Origin: Cupriavidus necator
GTDB taxonomy: Bacteria > Pseudomonadota > Gammaproteobacteria > Burkholderiales > Burkholderiaceae
NCBI RefSeq assembly: GCF_016127575.1
Contig: NZ_CP066019.1
Location: forward strand, 2,490,001-2,522,000
Direction: 5' to 3'
DNA: 32,000 bases
The notes under the pieces are model-generated. The model was given only the letters and a program-made list of their open reading frames with translations, was not told the origin of the DNA and searched no databases. A program made the position numbers and the translations under genes. Positions 18,573-29,656 of the stretch are shown in pieces; position 1 is the first letter of the stretch; every line of letters starts with the position of its first letter.

Positions 18573-20068
18573 AGACCGTGCTCCGATGGCTGGTCGGCCT
18601 GGCCTTTGCCTGCGCCACGCAAGCCGCCATGGCCGCCGACCCCGCGGCGCTCTACAGCCAGCACTGCGCCGCCTGCCATGGCGCGGACCGCCTCGGCGCC
18701 ATGGGCCCCGCGCTGCTGCCGGAAAGCCTGGAACGCCTGCGCGCCAGCGAACTTGACCAGGTGCTGCACGCTGGCCGCGCCGCCACGCAGATGCCGGCAT
18801 TCGCCGGCACGCTGGCCGAGCCCGACTTGCAGGCCCTGGCGCGCTGGCTGCGCACGGCACCCGCAGCCACGCCGCAATGGAACGCGCAGGCCATCCGCGC
18901 CAGCCATATCGTCCACCACGCCCCCGGCAGCCTGCCGGCGCGGCCGCTGTTCGGCGCCGATCCGCAGAACCTGTTCGTGGTGGTGGAGGCCGGCAGCCAT
19001 CATATGACCGTGCTCGACGGGGACCGGCTGGCACCGGTCCATCGCTTTGCCACCCGTTTTGCGCTGCACGGCGGCCCCAAGTTCAGCCGCGACGGCCGCT
19101 ATGTCTACCTGGCCAGCCGCGATGGCTGGGTCAGCAAGTACGACCTGTGGAACCTGGCCTATGTGGCGGAGATCCGGGTCGGCGTGAACACGCGCAACAT
19201 CGCCGTCAGCGATGATGGCCGCTGGGTGCTGGCCGGCAATACGCTGCCGCGCACGCTGGTGCTGCTCAATGCCGAAGACCTGTCGCTGGCGCGGGTGATC
19301 GACGTGAAGGGGCGCAATGGCGAGGCCTCGCGCGTCTCCGCCGTCTACGACGCCGCGCCGCGCCACAGCTTTATTGCCGCGCTGAAGGATATCGCCGAGG
19401 TCTGGGAGATTCCGTACGCCGATGCGGCCGGTGCGCCGCTGCCGGCGCTGGCACCTCGCGTGGTGGTGCTGGACGATGTGCTCGACGACTTCTTCTTCGA
19501 CCAACCCTATCGCCATATCCTGGGCGCCTCGCGCAAGGGTGGCGGCCAGGTGATCGACCTGCAGCAGGGTCGAAAGGTCGCGGCGCTATCGCTTGGCGGC
19601 ATGCCGCACCTGGGCAGCGGCATCACCTGGCAGCGCGACGGACGTGAGGTGATGGCCTCGCCCGACCTCGGGCAAGGGCGCATCACGGTGATCGACATGC
19701 AGGACTGGCACACGGTCGCCACCGTGCCGACCAACGGTCCGGGCTTCTTCCTGCGCAGCCATGAAAACACCCCCTACGCCTGGGCCGATGCCATGATGAG
19801 CCCGAGGCGCGACACGCTGCAGGTGATCGACAAGCAAAGCCTGCGGGTGGTCGGCAGCGTTACTCCGAGCGCGGGGCGCACCGCTGCCCACGTCGAATTC
19901 ACGCGCGACGGGCGCTACGCGCTGGTCAGCCTGATGGAGCGCGACGGCGCCATCGTGGTGTACGACGCGGCCACCTTGCAGGAGGTCAGGCGCCTGCCGA
20001 TGGACAAGCCCATCGGCAAGTACAACGTCTTCAACAAGACCACGCGCTCGGCCGGCACCAGCCACTGA
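18569..20068 (+). CDS. nirN: NirN (cytochrome c plus cd1-like propeller; dihydro-heme d1 dehydrogenase)
   Basis: ATG at 18569 overlaps the nirJ stop (ATGA). 499 aa with a signal peptide, the CAACHG heme c motif and a propeller domain paralogous to NirS. Confidence 0.9.
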   Translation: MKTVLRWLVGLAFACATQAAMAADPAALYSQHCAACHGADRLGAMGPALLPESLERLRASELDQVLHAGRAATQMPAFAGTLAEPDLQALARWLRTAPAATPQWNAQAIRASHIVHHAPGSLPARPLFGADPQNLFVVVEAGSHHMTVLDGDRLAPVHRFATRFALHGGPKFSRDGRYVYLASRDGWVSKYDLWNLAYVAEIRVGVNTRNIAVSDDGRWVLAGNTLPRTLVLLNAEDLSLARVIDVKGRNGEASRVSAVYDAAPRHSFIAALKDIAEVWEIPYADAAGAPLPALAPRVVVLDDVLDDFFFDQPYRHILGASRKGGGQVIDLQQGRKVAALSLGGMPHLGSGITWQRDGREVMASPDLGQGRITVIDMQDWHTVATVPTNGPGFFLRSHENTPYAWADAMMSPRRDTLQVIDKQSLRVVGSVTPSAGRTAAHVEFTRDGRYALVSLMERDGAIVVYDAATLQEVRRLPMDKPIGKYNVFNKTTRSAGTSH

Positions 20069-20103
20069 GCCGGCGTGGTGATGCCCGATCGCAGGAGCCC
20101 GAG

Positions 20104-20877
20104 ATGAATCCACCCCTGAAACCCGGCAAGGTCTGGCTGGTCGGCGTCGGCCCGGGTAGCCCGGACCTGGTCACGGTACGCGCCATGCGCGCGCTGGCCG
20201 CGGCCGAGGTCTGGCTGGTCGATGACCTGATCGCGCCGGAGATGTCCTGCTATGCCAGCCCCGGCACCCATGTTGAGTGGGTCGGCAAGCGCGGCGGGCG
20301 CTGCTCGGTCAGCCAGGAACGCATCCAGAAGTTGACGCTGCAGCACGCGCTGGCCGGCCGCAGCGTGGCGCGCGTCAAGGGTGGCGATCCGCTGCTGTTC
20401 GGGCGCGGCGGCGAAGAAGCCGCCTTCCTGCGCGGCCACGGCGTGGCCGTCGAGATCGTCAATGGCATCAGCAGCGGCATCGCCGCCGCGCAGGCACTGG
20501 GGATTGCGCTGACGCACCGCGCGCACTGCCACGGCGTGACCTTCGTAACCGGCCATACCAGCGCGCACGGCTCGCCCGACTGGCAGGCGCTGGTGCGTGG
20601 CGGCACCACGCTCGTGATCTATATGGGCATGAGCCGGCTCGCGGCGATCCGCGACGGCTTGCTGGCGGCGGGCATGCGCAGCGACATGCCGGCGGCAGTG
20701 GTGATGCATGCCGGCAGCGAGCAGGCACGCAGCTGGACCGGCACGCTCGGCACGCTCGCCGAAGCGCTCGCGGCGGGGCTGGCCAGCCCGGCCGTGATGC
20801 TGGTGGGTGGGGTGGTTGCAGACACGCTGCAAGCGGTGCACGCGATCGTGCCGGACGCTGGCTCGCTGGCCGCGTAG
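20104..20877 (+). CDS. nirE: Uroporphyrinogen-III C-methyltransferase (SUMT) NirE/CobA
   Basis: 257 aa. VWLVGVGPGSPDLVTVRA and VKGGDPLLFGRGGEE are classic SUMT motifs. AGGAG lies 8 nt upstream. Confidence 0.93.
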   Translation: MNPPLKPGKVWLVGVGPGSPDLVTVRAMRALAAAEVWLVDDLIAPEMSCYASPGTHVEWVGKRGGRCSVSQERIQKLTLQHALAGRSVARVKGGDPLLFGRGGEEAAFLRGHGVAVEIVNGISSGIAAAQALGIALTHRAHCHGVTFVTGHTSAHGSPDWQALVRGGTTLVIYMGMSRLAAIRDGLLAAGMRSDMPAAVVMHAGSEQARSWTGTLGTLAEALAAGLASPAVMLVGGVVADTLQAVHAIVPDAGSLAA

Positions 20878-20922
20878 CGTCGGCTGCCAGCAAGTTCTAC
20901 CGAGTTCCGGCGACCCGATTGT

Positions 20923-20955
20923 GTGCTCCCTCTCCCGCTTGCGGGAGGGGGAGCA
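20923..20955. repeat. REP-like palindrome (TGCTCCCTCTCCCGC TT GCGGGAGGGGGAGCA) between the convergent nirE and pobA genes
   Basis: 15-bp arms with one mismatch. The core is the same as in the element at 4434-4470. It could act as a bidirectional stem-loop terminator. Confidence 0.8.
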
Positions 20956-21002
20956 AACCCGCAGCATGCGGATGCCGTCAGCAATCGCGCAGTGCACTCA
21001 CC

Positions 21003-23207
<2,205 letters not shown>

Positions 23208-23211
23208 CCGC

Positions 23212-24387
23212 TCAGCCTGCCTGGTCGATTTCGGCGAACACCTCCTCGGCCAGATGAAATGCCGAGTTCGCCGCCGGCACGCCGCAATAGATCGCGGCCT
23301 GCAGCAAGACCTCCTTGATCTCGTCGCGCGTCACGCCGTTGTTGGCGGCGGCGCGCAGATGGAGCTTCAGCTCCTCGGCGCGGTTCAGCGCCACCATCAT
23401 GGCGATCGTCAGCAGGCTGCGCGTATGCCGCGGCAGGCCTTCGCGCGTCCAGATCTCACCCCAGGCATAGCGCGTGATGAGGTGCTGGAATTCCTCGTTG
23501 AGCGGGGTCAGCCGCGCGAGCGAACGGTCCACGTGCGCGCTGCCCAGCACCTCGCGCCGCACGGCAAGGCCGGCGTCGTAGCGCGCATGGTCGTCGGTCA
23601 CCGGCAGCCGGCCGCGCACGAAATCGAGCAGCGCCGCCGTGAAGCGGCCGGGCTGCTCGAAGCTGGAAATATGCGCGGCGGGCAGTTCGACAAAGCGGGC
23701 GCCGGGAATCGCGTCGGCCAGCGCGCGGCCTTCCTGCGCAGGGGTCGACGGGTCCTGGCTGCCGGCGATGACCAGCACCGGCACCTGGATCGATGCGACC
23801 GACTCGCGGAAATCGGCGTCGCGCACTGCCGCGCAACTGGCCGCATAGCCGCGCGGAGCGAGCCCGGCCAGCACATCGCGCAGGCCGTCCAGCGCGCGCT
23901 CGGCCGTGGCGGCAAACTCCGGCGTGAACCAGCGCTCGACCGAAGGCGCGACCATCACGGCCATGCCTTCGCGCCGTACGGTCTCGATGCGGGTATTCCA
24001 GCCGTCGGCATTGCCGATCTTCGCGGCGGTATTGGCCAGCACGATATGCGAGAACCGCTGCGGCGCATGGATGCCCAGCCACATCCCGGTGAGCCCGCCC
24101 ATCGACAGGCCACAGAACACCGCCTGCCCGATCCCCAGCGCATCCAGGATGGCGATGACGTCCTGCCCGAGCTGCGCCACGGTAAAGGCATCGCCCGGCG
24201 CGGTCGAGCGGCCGTGGCCGCGGGTGTCGTAGCGCACCACGCGATAGCGACCGGCCAGCGCGGCAGCCTGCGGCTCCCACATGGTGTGGTCGGTGCCGAG
24301 CGAGTTCGAGAAGAGGATGGCCGGCGCGGACTCGGGGCCGTCAACGGTGTAGAAGAGCCGGGCGCCGGCGTGGTCGAGGTAGGGCAA
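23212..24387 (-). CDS. pcaL: Fused 3-oxoadipate enol-lactonase / 4-carboxymuconolactone decarboxylase (PcaD::PcaC, PcaL-type)
   Basis: TTG start at 24387, 6 nt after AAGGAG. 391 aa. The N-terminal alpha/beta hydrolase has the nucleophile motif GLSMGG. The C-terminal CMD/AhpD-like domain reads ITRYAWGEIWTREGL...TIAMMVALNR...GVTRDEIKEVLLQAAIYCGVPAA. It is one uninterrupted frame. Confidence 0.9.
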   Translation of the reverse strand: MPYLDHAGARLFYTVDGPESAPAILFSNSLGTDHTMWEPQAAALAGRYRVVRYDTRGHGRSTAPGDAFTVAQLGQDVIAILDALGIGQAVFCGLSMGGLTGMWLGIHAPQRFSHIVLANTAAKIGNADGWNTRIETVRREGMAVMVAPSVERWFTPEFAATAERALDGLRDVLAGLAPRGYAASCAAVRDADFRESVASIQVPVLVIAGSQDPSTPAQEGRALADAIPGARFVELPAAHISSFEQPGRFTAALLDFVRGRLPVTDDHARYDAGLAVRREVLGSAHVDRSLARLTPLNEEFQHLITRYAWGEIWTREGLPRHTRSLLTIAMMVALNRAEELKLHLRAAANNGVTRDEIKEVLLQAAIYCGVPAANSAFHLAEEVFAEIDQAG

Positions 24388-24457
24388 TGCAGTCTCCTTG
24401 GGTGCGCGGCCGGCGGCGTGGCCGGCGCATCGCGGTAGTTCCGGGCTCAGGGCAGTC

Positions 24458-25843
24458 TCAGGACTGGCGCGCCACCAGTGCGGATTGCCAGGCCTGCACG
24501 GCAGCGTCCGCAAAGGCCGCTGACTGGCCCGCGTAGTTGGCGGGGTCGGCAAGGCGATCCAGCGCGGCGTCATCGAGCAGGCGGGCATGCGCCGGATCGG
24601 ATTGCAGCGTGCGGGCCAGCGCGTCACGCAGGCTGGTGCCGTCGGCGACGGCACGCTGCGAGGCGCGTTCCACCAGATGGTGCGCCGGCAGCCTGCCGAT
24701 CCTGCTGCCAAGTTCAAGCATCGCCGCCTCGCCGAGGATCAGGCCATGGGTCAGGCCGAGGTTGGCACGCATGCGCGCCGCATCGACCTGCAGCCCCGCC
24801 ACGACCTCGCCCATCTGGCGCAGCGCGCCGGCGGCCAGCGTCACGATCTGCGGCAGCGTGTCCCACTCTGCCTGCCAGCCGCCCAGGGCGCGTTCATGTT
24901 CCTGCACCATGCCCGCCAGCATCGTCGCCACCAGCGGGGGCACGCGCACCGCGGCCGTCAGCACCGCCGCGCAGCCGACCGGGTTGCGCTTGTGCGGCAT
25001 GGTGCTGGAGCCGCCGCGGCCGGGGCCAGACGGCTCGGCCACTTCCGCCACCTCGGTCTGCATCATCAGCGAGATATCGCGCGCCATCTTGCCGAGCGTG
25101 CCGGTCAGCATGCCCAGCGTGGTGGCAACCTCGGCCATGCGGTCGCGATGCGCGTGCCACGGCAGCACGGGCGCGGCCAGGTCCAGTTCGCGGGCCAGCG
25201 CGGCGGTCACCGCGGGCGCGGCCTGGCCAAGGCTGGCGAGCGTGCCGGCGGCGCCGCCGAACTGCAGCGCGCGGGCCTGGGCGCGGGTAGCATCGAGACG
25301 ACCGAGATCGCGGCGCAGCGCATCGAGCCAGCCCGCGGCCTTGAGGCCGAAGCTGGCTGGCAGTGCATGCTGGAGCCAGGTGCGGGCGACCATCGGCGTG
25401 GCCCGATGCGCCGAAGCCAGCGCGGCGCAGGCTTCGCCCAGGCGCACCAGGTCGGCATCCAGCGCGCGCAGCGCGTCGCCGGCCTGGAGCACCAGTGCGG
25501 TGTCGATGATGTCCTGGCTGGTGGCGCCCCAGTGGACAAAGCGCGCCGCCTCGGCATCGCGCGCGGCCACGGCGGCGGTCAGTTGCCTGACGAAGGGAAT
25601 CGCGAGATTGCCGGCAGCGACTGCGGCTTGCGCAAGCGCGTCGCGGTCAATGATGCCGGGATCGCGGCAGACGTCGGAGATCACGGCCGCGGCCGCGGCA
25701 GGGATCACGCCGCTGTCCGCTTCGGCGCGCGCGAGCGCGGCCTCCACGGCAAGCATGCGCTGCACCGTGCCGGCGTCGGAGAAAATGTCCAGCACGGCCG
25801 GGCTGCCGGACATGGGATCGGTAAGACGCGTAGCGGTTGGCAT
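24458..25843 (-). CDS. pcaB: 3-carboxy-cis,cis-muconate cycloisomerase PcaB
   Basis: 461 aa. Fumarase/aspartase-superfamily signature GSSTMPHKRNP. It lies between pcaG and pcaL. The start is ambiguous (ATG at 25843 or 25813), and neither has a good SD. Confidence 0.9.
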   Translation of the reverse strand: MPTATRLTDPMSGSPAVLDIFSDAGTVQRMLAVEAALARAEADSGVIPAAAAAVISDVCRDPGIIDRDALAQAAVAAGNLAIPFVRQLTAAVAARDAEAARFVHWGATSQDIIDTALVLQAGDALRALDADLVRLGEACAALASAHRATPMVARTWLQHALPASFGLKAAGWLDALRRDLGRLDATRAQARALQFGGAAGTLASLGQAAPAVTAALARELDLAAPVLPWHAHRDRMAEVATTLGMLTGTLGKMARDISLMMQTEVAEVAEPSGPGRGGSSTMPHKRNPVGCAAVLTAAVRVPPLVATMLAGMVQEHERALGGWQAEWDTLPQIVTLAAGALRQMGEVVAGLQVDAARMRANLGLTHGLILGEAAMLELGSRIGRLPAHHLVERASQRAVADGTSLRDALARTLQSDPAHARLLDDAALDRLADPANYAGQSAAFADAAVQAWQSALVARQS

Positions 25844-25920
25844 TGGGGGCGATGGGTAGCGTGAGTGGCCGTGACATCGACGGCCACCCGATTATGCGTC
25901 TGTTGCCGGCAGCGAGTGCC

Positions 25921-26490
25921 TCAGATATCGAAGAACACCGTCTCGCCCTGCCCCTGCAGCGCCACATCCCAGCGCAGCGTGCCGTTGCCGGCATCGCTGG
26001 CAATCAGCGTGCCGCGGCGCTCGGCGGGGACCAGCGCCAGCACGGCATCGGCGGCATTGGCGGCCGCTTCGTCCGGGAAGTACATGCGCGTGGCGACATG
26101 CTTGACCAGCCCGCGCATGAACACCGACACCATGATGTGCGGCGCCTGCGGCCGGCCGTCCGGGCCGGGCACGGTGCCGGGCTTGACGGTGACAAAGCGG
26201 AACGAGCCGTCGGCCTCGGTCGGCACGCGGCCGAAGCCGGTAAAGCCGGGCACCAGCGGCAGCTCGCGCGCATCGTCGGGGTGGCGGTAGCGGCCGGCGG
26301 GGTTGGCCTGCCAGATCTCGACCATGCCGTCCGGCACGGGCTCGCCGTCGGCGTCGGTCACGCGGCCTTCGATCACGATGCGCTGGCCAGCCAGTTCCGG
26401 CGCGCTGGCGGTCAGGTCGGCGCAGTTCAGGCCGCTCAGGCCGATATGGAGATAAGGGCCGACGGTCTGGGATGCGGTGGCGTAGAGCAT
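25921..26490 (-). CDS. pcaG: Protocatechuate 3,4-dioxygenase alpha subunit PcaG
   Basis: The ATG at 26490 lies 4 nt after the pcaH stop. 189 aa. TASQTVGPYLHIGL and VEIWQANPAGRYRHPDD are typical of PcaG. Confidence 0.92.
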   Translation of the reverse strand: MLYATASQTVGPYLHIGLSGLNCADLTASAPELAGQRIVIEGRVTDADGEPVPDGMVEIWQANPAGRYRHPDDARELPLVPGFTGFGRVPTEADGSFRFVTVKPGTVPGPDGRPQAPHIMVSVFMRGLVKHVATRMYFPDEAAANAADAVLALVPAERRGTLIASDAGNGTLRWDVALQGQGETVFFDI

Positions 26491-26494
26491 GGTC

Positions 26495-27196
26495 TTACTC
26501 CATCGGCGTGGCATCGCGGCCACGCAGCACGATATCGAAATGGTAGCCGAGCGCGTATTCGGGCTGGGTCGTCTCCCAGTCGAGGCTGGCCACAAGCCGG
26601 TCGCGCGCCTTTTCGTCCGGCACGCAGTTGAAAATCGGATCGAACGGCAACAGCGGATCGCCGGGGAAATACATCTGCGTCACCAGCCGCGTGGCGTAGG
26701 CGTTGCCGAACAGCGAGAAGTGGATATGCTGCGGCCGCCAGGCATTGTGGTGGTTGCGCCAGGGATAGGCGCCGGGCTTGATGGTCTTGAACTGGTAGCG
26801 CCCGCTGGCATCGGTGACGGTGCGGCCCTCGCCCGAGAAATGCGGGTCGAGCGGCGCATCATGCTGGTCGCGCTTGTGCACGTAGCGGCCGGCCGCATTG
26901 GCCTGCCACACCTCGATCAGCGCGTTCGGCACCGGCCTGCCATTCTCGTCCAGCACACGGCCGGTCACGAGGATGCGCTCGCCGATGGGCTCGCCGCCGT
27001 TGCCGACGGTGAGGTCGTTATCACCTTCGCGGACGAACTCAGCGCCAAAGGTGGGACCGGTCACTTCAGACAGCGACTGCGGCAGCGCAATCAGCGGCTG
27101 GGCCGGCGAGCGCTTCTGCGTCGAGGCATAGGGGTCGAAGCGGTATTCGGGCTGGGTGTCCCAGTAGGGACGGCGGTACTGGGCAAGACGGGTCAT
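26495..27196 (-). CDS. pcaH: Protocatechuate 3,4-dioxygenase beta subunit PcaH
   Basis: ATG at 27196 with an upstream GAGGAG. 233 aa. IEVWQANAAGRYVHKRD and PGAYPWRNHHNAWRPQHIHFSLFG match PcaH, including the Fe ligands. Confidence 0.94.
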   Translation of the reverse strand: MTRLAQYRRPYWDTQPEYRFDPYASTQKRSPAQPLIALPQSLSEVTGPTFGAEFVREGDNDLTVGNGGEPIGERILVTGRVLDENGRPVPNALIEVWQANAAGRYVHKRDQHDAPLDPHFSGEGRTVTDASGRYQFKTIKPGAYPWRNHHNAWRPQHIHFSLFGNAYATRLVTQMYFPGDPLLPFDPIFNCVPDEKARDRLVASLDWETTQPEYALGYHFDIVLRGRDATPME

Positions 27197-27225
27197 CGGG
27201 CAGTCTCCTCGTCGTTGGAATGGTT

Positions 27226-27250
27226 TGACTTTAAACAACACATAAAGTCA
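27226..27250. promoter_or_regulatory. Perfect 8-bp inverted repeat TGACTTTA-N9-TAAAGTCA in the pcaH-pcaQ divergent promoter region
   Basis: Read directly. It contains a T-N11-A core and lies in an AT-rich 94-bp intergenic region. Its centre is about 42 bp from the pcaH ATG and about 53 bp from the pcaQ ATG. Confidence 0.5.
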
Positions 27251-27267
27251 TGTAAATTAAGATTACT

Positions 27268-27282
27268 GTTAAATACGATAAC
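27268..27282. promoter_or_regulatory. LysR-type T-N11-A box GTTA-N7-TAAC; candidate PcaQ recognition site
   Basis: Dyad GTTAaatacgaTAAC. Its centre is about 79 bp upstream of the pcaH ATG. That is compatible with a roughly -65 recognition site if the pcaH leader is short. Confidence 0.4.
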
Positions 27283-27290
27283 TTTTAGGC

Positions 27291-28244
27291 ATGAAACCAC
27301 AGGCCCCTCCCGCACTCGAAATCTTCCGCAATCGCGTGCGGCTGCGGCACCTCTATTGTTTCGTGGCGGTGTCGCAGACCCAGCACCTGGGCCGTGCGGC
27401 CGAACGCCTGGGCCTGACCCAGCCGGCCGTCTCCAAGACACTGAGCGAGCTCGAGGAGCTGGCCGGCACCCGCCTGCTGGTGCGGCAGCGGGCCGGCACC
27501 GAACTGACCACCGCCGGCACGCGCTTCCTGCGCCACGCCCTGCGCATCCTCGCGGATATCGATGCCGCGGCGGACAGCATGGCCGGCGCGGATGCGCTGC
27601 CGCAGGAGCGCATCCGGCTGGGTGCGCTGCCGAGCGTGGTGCCGGCCGTGCTGACCGACGCCCTGCTGCGTTTCCGCGCCGCGCATCCCGAGGTCGGCCT
27701 TGCCGTGCAGACCGGCATGAACCGCAACCTCATCGACCAACTCAAGGCGGATGTGCTCGACCTGGTCATTGGCCGCATGGATGACCCGGTGGCCATGGAG
27801 AGCCTGTGGTTCGAGTCCCTGGGCCAGGACTCGCTGGCTCTGGCGGTTCGCCCCGGGCATCCCCTCGCCGCCGTATCGCGGCCAACGCTGGTGGACGCGC
27901 TGGCATGGCCGCTGGTGATTCCGGCCGCGGGCTCGATTCCCCGCCACAACACGGAAAGCCTGCTCGCCCGGCACGGCCTGCCCCTGCCGGGCGGATGCGT
28001 GGAAACCTCGGATGCCTATCTCGGACGCCTGCTGGCCCGGCAGAGTGACAGCGTGTGGGCAGCGCCGCTCTCCGCAACCAGGCGCGCGGTGTCCGAGGGA
28101 GATCTGGTACTCCTGCCAATCGATACGCAGGGCACCGAGGAACCGATCGGCCTGCTGCGGCACGGCGACCGCACGCTCACGCCGATGGCCGAGGCGTTGG
28201 CAAACTGCATTCGCGCCGCGGCCCAGCCTGCTTCCGCTCAGTGA
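27291..28244 (+). CDS. pcaQ: LysR-family regulator PcaQ
   Basis: 317 aa. HTH: LRHLYCFVAVSQTQHLGRAAERLGLTQPAVSKTLSELE. Divergent from pcaHG, as in the Agrobacterium/Sinorhizobium-type pcaQ arrangement. Confidence 0.88.
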   Translation: MKPQAPPALEIFRNRVRLRHLYCFVAVSQTQHLGRAAERLGLTQPAVSKTLSELEELAGTRLLVRQRAGTELTTAGTRFLRHALRILADIDAAADSMAGADALPQERIRLGALPSVVPAVLTDALLRFRAAHPEVGLAVQTGMNRNLIDQLKADVLDLVIGRMDDPVAMESLWFESLGQDSLALAVRPGHPLAAVSRPTLVDALAWPLVIPAAGSIPRHNTESLLARHGLPLPGGCVETSDAYLGRLLARQSDSVWAAPLSATRRAVSEGDLVLLPIDTQGTEEPIGLLRHGDRTLTPMAEALANCIRAAAQPASAQ

Positions 28245-29656
28245 CTTGCGACGCTTGCGCCGCCATTGACTGAGTCGGCGGCACCCGCAGGCCGGCTGCT
28301 GAAATGCTTCACCAGCAGTGCACCGGCGGCAAGGAATGCCGGCACGGTAAGCAGCGTAAAAATCGTGTCGAAGCCCAGGTGCAGGCGCAGCAGTTCAGCA
28401 CCGAGCAGCGCGCCGGTGATGCCGCCGAAGCGGCCGATGCCAAGCATCCAGGCAACGCCGGTAGCACGGCCCTGCGTCGGGTAAAAGGCCGCGGCCAGCG
28501 AAGGCATCGAAGACTGGGCGCCGTTCATGGCCGTACCGGCGAGGAAGATCAGTACGCCCAGCAGCACCTGGCTGCCGGTGCCGTGGCCCACTGCGTAGAT
28601 CAGTACGCCGGTTGCAGCATAGGTGATGGCGATGACCTTGTTCGGATTGAAGCGGTCCATGAACCAGCCGGCCGCGATGGTGCCGATGCCGCCACCGAGC
28701 GGAAACAGCGCCGTCAGGAATGACGCGTGCTGGATCGAGAAACCGGCGTCCTTCATCAGCGTCGGCATCCAGCTCGTCAGCAGGTAGAAGATGACGAGGC
28801 CCATGAAGTAAGTGGACCATAGCATCGCCGAGCCCAGGCGATAGCCGGGCGCCAGCACGGTGCCGATGGCGGATCGGGTCGCAGGGGCCTGCTCGCCGAT
28901 GATGAAGTTGTTGGCCCTGGACAGGTCTGCGCCAGTCACGCGTCGCAGCACGTTGCGGATCTGGGTGGCAGGATAGTTGCGCAGGACCATGTAGCGCACG
29001 GACTCCGGCAGCAGCGCCACCAGCAACAGCGCGAGCGCAAGCGGCACGATGCCGCCAAGCAGCAGCACGCTGTGCCAGCCGAAGTGCGGGATCATCGCGG
29101 CGGCGACAAAGCCGCCGGCCGCGGAACCAAGCGGAAAGCCGCAGAACATGGTGTTCACGAGCACGGCACGGCGGCGTTGCGGCGCGAACTCTGATGTCAG
29201 CGTCACGGCATTGGGCATGGCGGCGCCCAGGCCAAGGCCGGTCAGGAAGCGCCAGACCGTGAGCCAGCCCAGCGTGGGCGCAAACGCGGTGGCGAGACTG
29301 CAGGCGCCAAAGAAGAAGACGGACAGCACCAGCACCTTCTTGCGGCCGACCCGATCAGCCAGCGGACCGGCGAAGATCGCACCGAAAGCAAGACCGAACA
29401 GGGCCGCGCTCATGACGGGCCCGAGGGCGGCTTTCTCGATCCCCCAGTCCTGCACCAGCGCCGGCGCGATATATCCGATTGCGGCGGTATCGAAACCGTC
29501 AATGGCAACGATCAGGAAGCACAGCACAAGAATGAGCCACTGGTACCCAGTGAATCGCTGTCCGTCGATCAGGGCCTGGACGTCCGTGACGCCGCCCTTC
29601 GTTTGGGTGGGATGTTGCACTGCTGTCTCCGTTTTCCTGGAAATCGCACTAGCCAT
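28238..29656 (-). CDS. pcaK: MFS aromatic acid:H+ symporter family transporter, PcaK-like (4-hydroxybenzoate/protocatechuate)
   Basis: 472 aa, about 12 TM segments. The N-terminus ...DVQALIDGQRFTGYQWLILVLCFLIVAIDGFDTAAIGYIAP and the MFS loop motif GPLADRVGRKK resemble PcaK. Substrate assignment is inferred from family and neighbourhood only. Confidence 0.85.
   Translation of the reverse strand: MASAISRKTETAVQHPTQTKGGVTDVQALIDGQRFTGYQWLILVLCFLIVAIDGFDTAAIGYIAPALVQDWGIEKAALGPVMSAALFGLAFGAIFAGPLADRVGRKKVLVLSVFFFGACSLATAFAPTLGWLTVWRFLTGLGLGAAMPNAVTLTSEFAPQRRRAVLVNTMFCGFPLGSAAGGFVAAAMIPHFGWHSVLLLGGIVPLALALLLVALLPESVRYMVLRNYPATQIRNVLRRVTGADLSRANNFIIGEQAPATRSAIGTVLAPGYRLGSAMLWSTYFMGLVIFYLLTSWMPTLMKDAGFSIQHASFLTALFPLGGGIGTIAAGWFMDRFNPNKVIAITYAATGVLIYAVGHGTGSQVLLGVLIFLAGTAMNGAQSSMPSLAAAFYPTQGRATGVAWMLGIGRFGGITGALLGAELLRLHLGFDTIFTLLTVPAFLAAGALLVKHFSSRPAGAADSVNGGASVASH

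Noticed and set aside
23212-24387. Possibility that the pcaD-pcaC fusion is a frameshift artefact or pseudogene
   Set aside because: It is a single uninterrupted frame with both domains intact, including the GLSMGG nucleophile and a complete CMD domain, joined by a short natural-looking linker.
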